This document shows, in pieces, positions 44,156-54,234 of a DNA stretch of 64,000 nt. The stretch covers positions 416,001-480,000 of the forward strand of contig CAWCNS010000007.1 of the NCBI GenBank assembly GCA_963796965.1, in the 5' to 3' direction. This DNA is from Calditrichia bacterium (lineage in GTDB: Bacteria > Calditrichota > Calditrichia > JAJRVZ01). A program made the translations under genes and the position numbers. The notes under the pieces were generated by a model. The model ran no database searches and was not told the origin of the DNA. It saw nothing but the letters and a program-made list of their open reading frames with translations. Each line of letters begins with the position of its first letter. Position 1 is the stretch's first letter.

Positions 44156-46165
44156 ATGATAAACTGGCTCAAATTTGTAAAAATAATTGCCCTTCTGATA
44201 GTTGTGGCTTTTGGCCCACAGAGACTATTATTTGGTGGGGAATTTGAGGGTAAATATTATTCAGGTGAAGGTGATACAGCGTATATTCAACTTCTTGATA
44301 TATCAAGGAGAATGTTTGATCCGGATCCTGAATTCCAGAACATTTCAATGCTCTATACACCTAAATGGAATGGATTTGTTGAGGGACCAACCTGGGATGC
44401 CTGGTGGATCCAGAACAGCTATGGTCCCACCTATTGTGCTCTTCCCTTTTACACCGAGCCCTATTTGACCTTTATGCAAAATGCGCAGGATTTATGGTTC
44501 GACCAAATGGGCGATGGCAAGAGAGTTGGCGCAAAAGACCTTCAGGCACCTGACGGTAGTCTCTGTGACGCTGCCCGGCCAGGCTGGATTATGTATAAAC
44601 AGGGTGATGGCAGGGTTGATATTCATGATTGGGGGATGGAGTTCACCGCAGCAGGGGTCGTTTTGCAGGCAGAATTACTCTTAATTAGCCGGGATTTAGC
44701 CGCTATTGAGCGATATTTGCCTCTGCTTAACCGCAGTATCAATTTTATTGAATCTCGTCGTGATCCAAATAACAATCTATTTTTAGCCGGTCCGGCGGCA
44801 AACTTACTCGCCCCAAGTTATGCCGGTTGGCAAAAAGAAGGGGGAATATATGACAAGGCCTATCTCTCGGGTCTTTCAATTACCTATATTGCTGCCCTGG
44901 ATCGGATGATTGAATTAGGAAAGTTGGTAAAAAGGTATGGCTTGGTTAAAACTTATGAAACGAGAAGAAATCTCACCCATAGCGGATTAAATCTTCTGAC
45001 CACAGATGAGGGCTACTTTATTAAATCTCTTGATCCTGATGGCACCAAACATGGCGTTTATGGTGCTGAAAAATATGGCTATTTTGAATCCTCTCCAAAT
45101 CATGATGCCATTGCCTTCAGGGTAATAGATGATCTGCAATCCCATAAAATATACAATAAAATTGCCTCAATTCCAGGTCTCCGACGCTATCATGTGATCA
45201 TTGCCAATGAACCTGGACTCGATGATATGTATGATCCGGGGACATCCTGGCTTTGGAAACATGGCACATGGGTAAATGGCGGGCATTGGTCCACCTGTGA
45301 GGCCCGTATGATGATGGCCTATTACAGATTGGAGAAATTTGATGATCTTCAGAGATCAATGAAGCATATACTTGGTTTTGCAGAAGAATTCCGTATGGAT
45401 AATCCTCTGGTGGAATTTGGAAGCAAGGTATATCAGCCAAAAAAACCAATAAATCTTTGCTATGATTCTTTTGGTCCACCCGCAGCCATGATGCGGGGCC
45501 TATTTGAATATCTCTATAAGGCCGATAACCTGGTACTTATTCCACATATACCCAAGGGAATCACTCAATTGAGTCAACACTTCCCTATTCGTTGGGGAGA
45601 AAAAGAATTATATCTTTCCACCTATGGACATGGGAAAATTGCATCGGTAACGATTAATGATCAAATATATGAGAAATTGGGCCACGATCGTATTGAATTA
45701 GAATTTGATAAAATACCACAACAAGCACATATTCGCATCCAATTTCAGAACGGTAAACAAATCAAAAAAGGTGTTACCACATCACAAAAAACCAGTAATA
45801 TTCAGGAAGAGAACGTCCCTGCTTCTATCAATTTTAACAATTCAAACTTTAAGAGAGTTAAAGCTTTTTATGCATTAAGAAAGGACTTCCATAATCAAAA
45901 TATTTATGAGATTAAACATGCCCTGTTGGTCCTCAAGGCTGCAAAAGCGTATTCGGAGAGAAAAGCAAAACTCGAATCTGGATATCTCAGATCCCTTTCC
46001 GAACCAGCTGCTTCTGCCGCTGATGCATCCTACAAAGATACCATCATAAATTTATCACAAGGCTTGTCTGATCTGCTTGATTCCTATTCACAGAGTCATG
46101 ACCGCCAAAAAAGGGATATTTACAAGCTCTGGGAAAGGGCTAAAATGAGCGTTAATAAAGAATAG
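44156..46165 (+). CDS. Secreted protein, probable (alpha/alpha)6 glycoside hydrolase-like
   Basis: Signal peptide, aromatic/acidic motifs (WWIQNSY, DWGME, WVNGGHW) and a C-terminal beta segment typical of six-hairpin glycosidases; located in a sugar locus. Confidence 0.45.
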   Translation: MINWLKFVKIIALLIVVAFGPQRLLFGGEFEGKYYSGEGDTAYIQLLDISRRMFDPDPEFQNISMLYTPKWNGFVEGPTWDAWWIQNSYGPTYCALPFYTEPYLTFMQNAQDLWFDQMGDGKRVGAKDLQAPDGSLCDAARPGWIMYKQGDGRVDIHDWGMEFTAAGVVLQAELLLISRDLAAIERYLPLLNRSINFIESRRDPNNNLFLAGPAANLLAPSYAGWQKEGGIYDKAYLSGLSITYIAALDRMIELGKLVKRYGLVKTYETRRNLTHSGLNLLTTDEGYFIKSLDPDGTKHGVYGAEKYGYFESSPNHDAIAFRVIDDLQSHKIYNKIASIPGLRRYHVIIANEPGLDDMYDPGTSWLWKHGTWVNGGHWSTCEARMMMAYYRLEKFDDLQRSMKHILGFAEEFRMDNPLVEFGSKVYQPKKPINLCYDSFGPPAAMMRGLFEYLYKADNLVLIPHIPKGITQLSQHFPIRWGEKELYLSTYGHGKIASVTINDQIYEKLGHDRIELEFDKIPQQAHIRIQFQNGKQIKKGVTTSQKTSNIQEENVPASINFNNSNFKRVKAFYALRKDFHNQNIYEIKHALLVLKAAKAYSERKAKLESGYLRSLSEPAASAADASYKDTIINLSQGLSDLLDSYSQSHDRQKRDIYKLWERAKMSVNKE

Positions 46166-46226
46166 TAATTAATACAGTTTTTATTCAATAGAATAATTTT
46201 ATCACTTCGATTTTGAATACAAGGAC

Positions 46227-48009
46227 ATGATTATGAAATTCAATTCTATAATAATTCCAATGCTGCTCATCACAGTTTCTACTTATGGACAGATTATTCA
46301 ACATCCTGATTTTGAACCGCAATCGCCCATCAGTGTATCCTAAAGAAGAATGGGAGCAAATATCCCCTGGTCTGCACGGGTCCGTCGCCTCTGTTTATCA
46401 GCGTTATAATCGAGATGTGCCACCTGTCCTTGCTGAATCCTCGGAATGGCATGGGACAGGGTGGCGTGGAGAACGGGTTAATATTCAACTGGTACTCTGG
46501 ACAGCTACCGGTTGTAGGCAAGCACATATACAAGTCTCTGATTTGGTGAATAAGAAAGGAAATAAAATCATATCTTCTGCTATAAATCCAGCATTTGTCC
46601 GTTATACTCTGGGATATGAAGAGGTATATTATAAAACACAGCCCGGAAAACAAGGCCGTCAGGCGGTTATTGCTGATATAATAGATACACAAAAACAACT
46701 AGATATTCCAGCAGAAAGCACCCGTCCCCTATGGATATCTATCGATATTCCCAGAAGTGCGGCTCCCGGTAAGTATACAGGTGCCTTATCCGTGTCAGCC
46801 GAAGGAGGAATTAAAACTAAATTTTCAATTGATATAGAAGTGTTGCCTATAAGCCTTACACCCGCCAAAAATTGGTCCTTTTATTTAGACCTTTGGCAAA
46901 ACCCATTTAGTGTGGCTGAATATCATCAGGTTGAGATGTGGTCAGAGGCGCATTTTATTCTGATGGAACCCTTGTACAAACGGTTAGCCAATGCCGGTCA
47001 AAAGTGCATTACCACCAGCATTGTTCACCAACCCTGGGGCTCCCAAACCTATCGGCACTTTGACAGTATGATAAAATGGGTTAAAAAAAGCAATGGCAAC
47101 TGGGACTATGATTTTTCAATTTTTGACAAATATGTTGAATTTTGCATAAAGTGTGGTATATCAGAGCGGATAAATTGCTACTCTATGGTTCCCTGGACAA
47201 ATGCTTTTCGCTATTTTGATGAAATATCTGGTGATTACAAATCAGTGATAGCCAAGCCCGGTGAACCAGCCTATATGAACCATTGGCGTTCTTTCCTAAA
47301 GTCATTTTCTATCCATCTCCGCCAGAAAGGATGGCTTGAAAAAACCAGCATTGCTTTGGATGAACGATCAGAAGAAATGATGCTAAATATGATGCAATTC
47401 ATGAATTCTGTTGCACCTGAATTGCAGATTGCTTCTGCAGTTAACTATCATACAGAATTAACAGAAAACATCTATGATCTTTGTGTAATTATTCAACATA
47501 CGCCTGATGAAGAAATTATTCAACAGAGGGTAAACAAAGGACTACCAACAACCTACTATGTCTGTACCTCACCGGAAAAACCCAATACATTTACAAATTC
47601 GCCTCCCGCAGAAGCAACATGGATTGGCTGGTTTGCTGCAGCAAAAGGTTATTCGGGGTTCCTCCGCTGGGCTTATAACAGCTGGACAAAAGATCCTCTT
47701 CATGATACCAGATATGTGCGCTGGCCTGCTGGGGATTGTTTCCTGGTGTATCCGGGAAATCGAAGCTCTATTCGCTTCGAGATGTTACGTGATGGCATTG
47801 AGGATTATGAAAAAATAAGGATGTTAAAGTCAATTATCTCAAGTGATGGTGGAGATTCGAGTATCGAGGACATAATTGAAGAATCTTTGTCCGGATTTAC
47901 CTATGAGTCTGTCTATAAAGTTCCTGCGAAAAAAACCGTAACAGAAGCACGGGAATTACTTTTAAATGCAGCCAGGCTGGCGATAAAAAAAGAACAACCC
48001 TTCGATTGA
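46227..48009 (+). CDS. GH123-like (DUF4091/DUF6067) glycoside hydrolase, secreted; one probable frameshift near 46338
   Basis: Signal peptide MKFNSIIIPMLLITVSTYG in another frame; WRGERVN, LDLWQNP, IALDER, TTYYVC, GFLRWAYNSW, GDCFLVYPG and SSIRFEMLRDGIEDYEK. Confidence 0.75.
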
Positions 48010-48012
48010 TTA

Positions 48013-48104
48013 AGACCTGAGCCAAGTTCAGGTTAACACAATGGTCATCCCGAACTTGGTTCGGTATCTATGATATAGAGACGTCAGGTTGGGAGGTCTC
48101 CTAC
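48013..48104. repeat. Back-to-back GTCAT..ATCT hairpin doublet plus a TAGAGACG-type REP
   Basis: agacctgagccaagttcaggttaac, gtcatcccgaacttggttcggtatct and tagagacgtcaggttgggaggtctcctac. Confidence 0.65.
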
Positions 48105-48188
48105 AATAAAGAGCAAATAGTCCAGCTTTGAGTGATATATTCAAAAAGGTATTATAATTTATGATTTGTGAAAAGACTTCGTATCAAT

Positions 48189-49499
48189 TTAAATTTGATT
48201 CCCGCAACATCTTTTATATTTTTTTCCACTCCTGCAAGGACAGGGATCGTTAACCCCCACATTGAGAGAAGGAAACCCCGCATCTTTCTCATTCGCCCAG
48301 GCCATCACGTTTGCAGGAGGGCGTTTTTCAGCTAATTCACCCACCATAAATTGCATATATGGATTTATATAGGTAAAAAACTTTTTGTATCCAGCGCATA
48401 GGTAGTTTAATCCCGCTTCACCATCGGGTGTTTTAATAAAACGATGCTTGGGACATTCTCCATTACAAATAAAACGAACCTCGCAATCGAGGCAATATTG
48501 TGGCAACATATCTTTTTTGTCTTGGCCAAACTTAATCTGTTGTTTATCCCTAGCTAAAATCGCCAGATTCGATTCCATGATATTTCCTAACCTGTTCTCC
48601 GGATAAACATAATGATCGCATGAATAAAGATCTCCATTATGTTCGATAGCCATAGCATCACCACAGGTTTCACTAAATATACATAGTCCAGGATTTAATC
48701 CTAGCCAGGCCTGTAAAGATATGTCAAATATCTGAACATAATAACGACCGACATCCTTGTGGACCCATTCATCAAATATTTCGCATAAAAATATTCCAAA
48801 ATGATCAGAATCTATCGACCAGGACGTTACTTCGGCATCATCATCATGATCCGGAGATACAAGGGTTAGTCCGGCATTTGTATGCTTCTCTGCTTTTCGC
48901 TCTACGATTGGTATAAACTGCATAAACCTGCTGTCAATTTCCTTCAGAAAATGATATAACTGGAGGGAATGATTTGAATTATCCTTATGTAATACAGTCA
49001 GGGTATTAAATTCCACATCATGCTTTTTTAGAAAATCCAATCCTTTCATAACTTGACTAAAAGATCCCTTTCCGCCCTTATTCAATCTATAATAATTATG
49101 CCGTTCTTCAGGACCATCAATAGAAAGTCCAATCAGGAAGTTGTTTTCTTTAAAAAATGAACACCAATTATCATTCAGGAGTATCCCGTTCGTCTGCAAG
49201 GTGTTTTCTATCATTTTACCAGCTGAATACCTGGCCTGGAGTTCAACGATCTTCGAAAAATAAGATAATCCTAACAAGGTAGGCTCCCCACCCTGCCAGG
49301 CAAAAGTAACCTGATCTGTTGGTTGTGAGGCAATATATTGTTTTATAAATGTCTCTAGAACATTATCAGGCATTTTAAAATCAGATTTATCCGGGTAAAG
49401 GTTTTCCTTCTCCAGATAGAAACAATAGTGACAGTCCAGATTGCAGATAGGGCCGTTTGGTTTGGCCATTATATGGAATGGATGCGATGAGTTAGTCAA
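48189..49499 (-). CDS. Anaerobic sulfatase-maturating radical SAM/SPASM enzyme (AslB/AtsB/ChuR type) with SEC-C motif
   Basis: CNLDCHYCFY, WQGGEPTL, CIFSETCG, YSCDHYV, C..C.....C.GECPKHR, YLCAG and C-terminal NDPCPCRSGKKYKRCC. Confidence 0.92.
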   Translation of the reverse strand: MTNSSHPFHIMAKPNGPICNLDCHYCFYLEKENLYPDKSDFKMPDNVLETFIKQYIASQPTDQVTFAWQGGEPTLLGLSYFSKIVELQARYSAGKMIENTLQTNGILLNDNWCSFFKENNFLIGLSIDGPEERHNYYRLNKGGKGSFSQVMKGLDFLKKHDVEFNTLTVLHKDNSNHSLQLYHFLKEIDSRFMQFIPIVERKAEKHTNAGLTLVSPDHDDDAEVTSWSIDSDHFGIFLCEIFDEWVHKDVGRYYVQIFDISLQAWLGLNPGLCIFSETCGDAMAIEHNGDLYSCDHYVYPENRLGNIMESNLAILARDKQQIKFGQDKKDMLPQYCLDCEVRFICNGECPKHRFIKTPDGEAGLNYLCAGYKKFFTYINPYMQFMVGELAEKRPPANVMAWANEKDAGFPSLNVGVNDPCPCRSGKKYKRCCGNQI

Positions 49500-49724
49500 G
49501 ATTATCCCAGTTAGATCTATTGATTATAAGCCATGAATTGGTATTACATAATGTCATTCCGCCCGGAACGGGATCGCGCTTCAAGAAATGAATCTTCCCT
49601 CATGATTGAGAACCACTCGCATGCAGGAAGACTCCTTACAGGAGGACATTTGTGGTGTAAAAGCAAATAGAAATTATATCATTTTTAAAAATCGTACAAC
49701 GAAGATATTTACTTATCTATATAA

Positions 49725-49850
49725 AGACCCTAAACAAGTTCAGGGTGACCATAGGTCATCCCGAACTGTTTCGGGATCTATGGTAAATTCATAATTCTAA
49801 ATTTTTACTTATCATTTTTTTTTAGTGGAATCCGTGGCAACTTCGTGACT
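49725..49850. repeat. Back-to-back GTCAT..ATCT hairpin doublet followed by a 9-mer repeat arm
   Basis: agaccctaaacaagttcagggtgac-catag-gtcatcccgaactgtttcgggatct; tttagtggaatccgtggcaacttcgtg. Confidence 0.65.
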
Positions 49851-49892
49851 ATTTGAACTTTTAGAACATGCACGAATGAGAACAATCTATAG

Positions 49893-50978
49893 TTAAGCAG
49901 GATAATCTTTCACCGCTTCGAAGAAAGCCAGGACATTTTCAACAGGTGTGTCATCCTGAATATTATGAGCAGGGGCGATAATATATCCTCCATTTTTCCC
50001 TAAAATCTCTATCTTCTGGTATACATCATCCCTTATTTGCTCCGGGGTTCCAGATGGAAGTAGTTCCTGTATATCAATCCCACCAAAAAAGATGAGGTCC
50101 TTACCAAATTCTTTCTTTAGATTGACTGGATCCATGTCCCTGGCCCTGGGTTGGATTGGATTGAGGATATCTAACCCAATCTCTATAAAATCAGGTATAA
50201 GAGGCAGAATCGAACCACAGCTATGCCAGGCAATCTTAATGTCTGGATTGACCTTTCTGAATTCCTCGAATATATATTTTATTCTTGGTTTAAAATGAAC
50301 ACGCCAAATTTCAGGAGACATGATGACACCATGTTGTCCGCCAAAATCATCACCGGCCCAGATGATATCAGCACCTAATCGGATTAACTCCTTTCCAACT
50401 TCAAGATTTATATCCATAATTTTATCAAGTAAAGGATCAATATAGGAGGCGTTCATCATTAAATCTGTAAGTAGTTTTTCAAGGCCAACCAAATACCAGG
50501 CTGTTTCAAAAATAGTACATTCAAGATCAGCAATAATACCATAGTCCTGACCATACGTATTAACTGCATATCGGGCATCATCAAAACGTCCCTCGGCATG
50601 GGGATCCGGAAAATTATATGCGTTTATTTGTTTGGGATTATCCACAGCGGCCAGGGGAAAACTCTCAAATTCACTATAGAGTCCGATATCTTTAAAACGC
50701 ATTCCCCACTCATTTATGGTAATACCCTTCTCATCCTTATAGGTTGGATAATTTTTGGGGGCACAAGCAGCGATTCCAACACAATCATTGCCAAGGTGCG
50801 TCAATAGTATGCGATGAGAAATCCTTGTTGAAAGGAGCGAATCGATTGGTTTTTCATAGGCTATATTTTCAGCCCGAGACATTTTTTTAGCCACCTGGGC
50901 TGTTAAAGTCGCAAAAACAGGCGGCCTGTCGGGAATCTGGTCGTTGAGAATATGTAGTAAACGGTCACGTGAGGTCAT
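49893..50978 (-). CDS. Uroporphyrinogen decarboxylase / MtaA-MtbA methyltransferase family protein
   Basis: MTSRDR...PDRPP, NEWG, GDDFG, WHSCG, LNPIQP and GGYIIAPAHNIQ. Confidence 0.8.
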   Translation of the reverse strand: MTSRDRLLHILNDQIPDRPPVFATLTAQVAKKMSRAENIAYEKPIDSLLSTRISHRILLTHLGNDCVGIAACAPKNYPTYKDEKGITINEWGMRFKDIGLYSEFESFPLAAVDNPKQINAYNFPDPHAEGRFDDARYAVNTYGQDYGIIADLECTIFETAWYLVGLEKLLTDLMMNASYIDPLLDKIMDINLEVGKELIRLGADIIWAGDDFGGQHGVIMSPEIWRVHFKPRIKYIFEEFRKVNPDIKIAWHSCGSILPLIPDFIEIGLDILNPIQPRARDMDPVNLKKEFGKDLIFFGGIDIQELLPSGTPEQIRDDVYQKIEILGKNGGYIIAPAHNIQDDTPVENVLAFFEAVKDYPA

Positions 50979-50990
50979 TAATATCTCCTG

Positions 50991-52036
50991 CTATTCAAAT
51001 GTTTGAATATAATTGCCAATGCCTATTACAATCGTTGATAATACCAATACCGCCAAACCGGCCATTATGGTCCTAATTGTTAGTTTTCCTGATCCTTTCC
51101 ACTCCTTTAAAATCAATCCCCACATGTTACTAAAGATAATGATAAAAGCCATATGGATGCTCCAACTGGCGAAATCATAGGCTCCCATACGCGTTGTTCC
51201 CATACCATAAAACATAAATTGCAAATACCAGGTAATACCCGCCAGGGCAGAAAAGAAATAGTTATTTAGAACAGGTGTCTTATCTGTTTTGATATAATCT
51301 CTAATGGTTTTATTCTTAAACGACAAAACCATACACCAGATAAAATTTGTTGTAAATCCCCCGAGCAAAATAAAAATAAATATGGGACTATTACTAAAAG
51401 CTCTGGCGTACCCATTTCTACTGCTATTTGGGCAATCGGTTTGCCTGCCGCAATACCAAAGGCAAAACAGGCACTCATAATTCCTGCCAGAATGGCCACC
51501 CAAATGCCTTTTTGGAGATTAAATTCTTTTATCTGGGCTGTTTTTTGCTCATCAGATAATTCTTTATCTTTGAGTATACCCGCTCTCCCCGTGATTGCAA
51601 TACCAATCAAGCAGATAAGAACTCCTCCCAGAGTTACAAGACCAGAAGTTTTAGAAATAAGCAGGCCAAATTGATCAAAATAAATAGGTGGTATTAATGT
51701 TCCAAAAGCGGCCGTCAATCCTAATGCCAGGGCCATCCCCAGGGACATACCTAAATATCTCATCGTCAGACCAAATGTTAACCCGCCAACTCCCCACAGA
51801 ATCCCAAAAAAATAAGGCCATATCATCTGATTAACAGAAAGTTTAGTTAAAAGCGCGCTAAGATCTGGCACGGCGATGAATGAGGTTATCCATGGTGCAA
51901 TAATCCATGCAAAGACCCCACCGACGAGCCAATAGACTTCCCAGGCCCAATTTTTTACTTTGCTGTAAGGGATATAAAAACTACCTGCGGCAAAACCGCC
52001 GACCGCATGAAAGAAAATTCCTAAAATCGGATTCAT
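50991..52036 (-). CDS. rhaT: L-rhamnose/H+ symporter RhaT family; one probable frameshift near 51397
   Basis: HAVGGFAAGSFYIP...WAWEVYW, WGVGGLTFGLTMRYLG.SLG, WYLQFMFYGMG, SW.IHM and LKEWKG. Confidence 0.82.
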
Positions 52037-52212
52037 TTTAACTCCAAAATATTTGTAGTGGGAGGCCAGTTATTGTCCATATCATTCCTACTATTAAACA
52101 GTAATGTTTGTGTTAATACTGCATTCAACATATGTTCTGTCATCATATGCCGTGGTTTTATATCCATTTTGTGGCGGTTCATGAACGGTCGTTGTGTATT
52201 TTTGTTTTATTC

Positions 52213-52254
52213 GCAGTGTAATTTTGCTTTATTGCAGTGTAATTTTGCTTTATT
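52213..52254. repeat. Exact 21-bp tandem duplication GCAGTGTAATTTTGCTTTATT
   Basis: Two adjacent identical copies, 52213-52233 and 52234-52254. Confidence 0.85.
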
Positions 52255-52255
52255 A

Positions 52256-52285
52256 TAGAGAGACGTCCCACCGGGACGTCTCTAC
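52256..52285. repeat. REP-like palindrome AGAGACGTCCCACCGGGACGTCTCTAC
   Basis: 11-bp perfect stem ending in CTAC. Confidence 0.7.
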
Positions 52286-52340
52286 AAGACATAATTTATC
52301 TTTACTCACGTTACTTCAAACAATATATATGCTGAAAACA

Positions 52341-53016
52341 CTAAACTAAAAATTTTTCATAATCATTACAGAGCAAATATTTAGGATCCTCATCTTCCTC
52401 AATATCTGGGAATCGGGTCACCTCCAGAAAGCGATTGTCGTTTGCATCATCATTAACCATGGACACCTCCCCAATCATTACAGGGCTCGTTTGACCGTAG
52501 AACTTATGATAGAGGTAGGGAGGCAAAGTCAAACTCTCCCCAGGTTTAAGAACGACCTGTTCACCCGCTTTTACAGACTTGCTGATACCGTCCTGGGAAA
52601 ATTGAACTGGTGTATCGGCCAGTTTTTCATCTTTGGTTGCATTATAGAGTTCAAAAACCAAATCTCCCCCACCACGATTAATGATATCTTCCATTTTATC
52701 CCAGTGAAAATGGTAAGGTGTGACCTGGTTTGGCCTGGCAATCATTATTTTTTCGGCAAATGGCTTGGTGTAGATATCGCTTTTATAAACTCCATTACGG
52801 ATAGTAAAAAGTAATAATCCACATTCCTCGAAATTTCCTGATCCAAAGTCGGTTACATCCCAACCCAGATGAAGATCTATTATTTCAGTCAGCTGAACGC
52901 TTTACTGAATGCCATTCATTTATCGAAAAGTAGGCAAAAGGAGGGAGAAAGAAATTCATTGACTGGAAAAAATCAATCGCTTCATCAATTATCCCGTTAA
53001 TGTCAGATCTTTTCAT
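52341..53016 (-). CDS. D-lyxose/D-mannose isomerase family (cupin); one probable frameshift near 52897
   Basis: MKRSDIN...LPPFAY from ATG 53016, then LGWDVTDFG..LFTIRNG in the next frame; TPYHFHWDKMEDIINRGGG, PGESLTL, GEVSMVNDD and DNRF. Confidence 0.82.
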
Positions 53017-53164
53017 ATTCACTAGTCCTACTCAGGATAGTTTAAAGTGTTCTCCTCAGATCATCAGCTTGAACACGTTTCAGGTTCTGATACTTCATGA
53101 GAACATCATTTCGGTATATTTTTATTGATACCACTAGTTAAGTCCGGTTATAAATAAACTATTG

Positions 53165-54187
53165 CTATTGTAAAGTCTCTTTTTCAACACCTGTAAAGGT
53201 CATTTTAACAGGTTTAATGGTTCCATTATTGTTGAATTCTAATTTTTCTATACATGTTACACGGTGATCACGCCCCTTGTTTGGAATTGGCCGTCTATGG
53301 TAAATAATATACCATTGGTCAGTTCCGGGTAAATTGAATACAGAATTATGCCCTGCCCCGGTTGCTACATTTTTATCTGTTTCAAGTACAGTTCCAATGC
53401 GCTTAAATGGCCCTGTTGCATTTTTTGCTATAGCATAAGCAACTTTATAGGAACCATCACCCCAGTTTCCCTCTGACCACATAAAATAATATTTATCGTA
53501 TCTCAGAAAAATAACCGGTCCCTCGACATATCCTTCCGGTGTAATCTCTTTGAATATAGTACCATCATCCCAGGTAAGAAAACCCGTAAAATCATCTTTT
53601 AATTTTGTCAGATTACAGCGTCTCCATCCGCCATAAATCATATAATGTGTACCGTTATTATCTCTAAAAACAAATTGGTCTATAGGCTGGGCCTCATTAT
53701 GAAATTCAGAAACTAATGGTTTACCTAAATAATCACGAAATGGACCTTCGGGGTAATCAGCAATGGCAATCCCTATTCCTCCAGTATGATTTCGGGAGTC
53801 ATTTTCATCCCATAAAGGTCCACCCGGTTTTTGAATATCATTTGCAGAAAAAAAGAGGAAGAACTTGTTATCTTTCTCGACAATTGAAGGCGCCCACAAA
53901 GCACGATGTGCCCACTCAACGATAGATGTATCAAGAATATGCGAATGTTTTTTCCAAGTGACAAGATCTTTTGAAGAAAATGCATCCAGAAAGACCTGCT
54001 CATCATATTTTGCAGAAAAAGTGGGGTAAATCCAGAATTCGGAGCCAAACACCGCCCCTTCCGGGTCAGCATACCATCCAGGCAAAATGGGATTTCCCGA
54101 CGAAACTGGTTCTTTACAGGTTTCTTTTTCAGAACAGTGAATAAACATAGTAACAGATAGTATTAAAAGATAGTTCTGAATTTTCAT
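53165..54187 (-). CDS. Glycoside hydrolase family 43, lipoprotein
   Basis: FIHC lipobox; WYADP, LWAP, PID, VEGP and GHNS GH43 motifs. Confidence 0.88.
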   Translation of the reverse strand: MKIQNYLLILSVTMFIHCSEKETCKEPVSSGNPILPGWYADPEGAVFGSEFWIYPTFSAKYDEQVFLDAFSSKDLVTWKKHSHILDTSIVEWAHRALWAPSIVEKDNKFFLFFSANDIQKPGGPLWDENDSRNHTGGIGIAIADYPEGPFRDYLGKPLVSEFHNEAQPIDQFVFRDNNGTHYMIYGGWRRCNLTKLKDDFTGFLTWDDGTIFKEITPEGYVEGPVIFLRYDKYYFMWSEGNWGDGSYKVAYAIAKNATGPFKRIGTVLETDKNVATGAGHNSVFNLPGTDQWYIIYHRRPIPNKGRDHRVTCIEKLEFNNNGTIKPVKMTFTGVEKETLQ

Positions 54188-54234
54188 CTCCGGGATTTAT
54201 GCTTTCTATATTTTTTTAATAACCGATCTTAGAA

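Noticed and set aside
49893..50978. hemE (true uroporphyrinogen decarboxylase)
   Set aside because: It lacks the N-terminal W.MRQAGR motif and sits among sugar genes.
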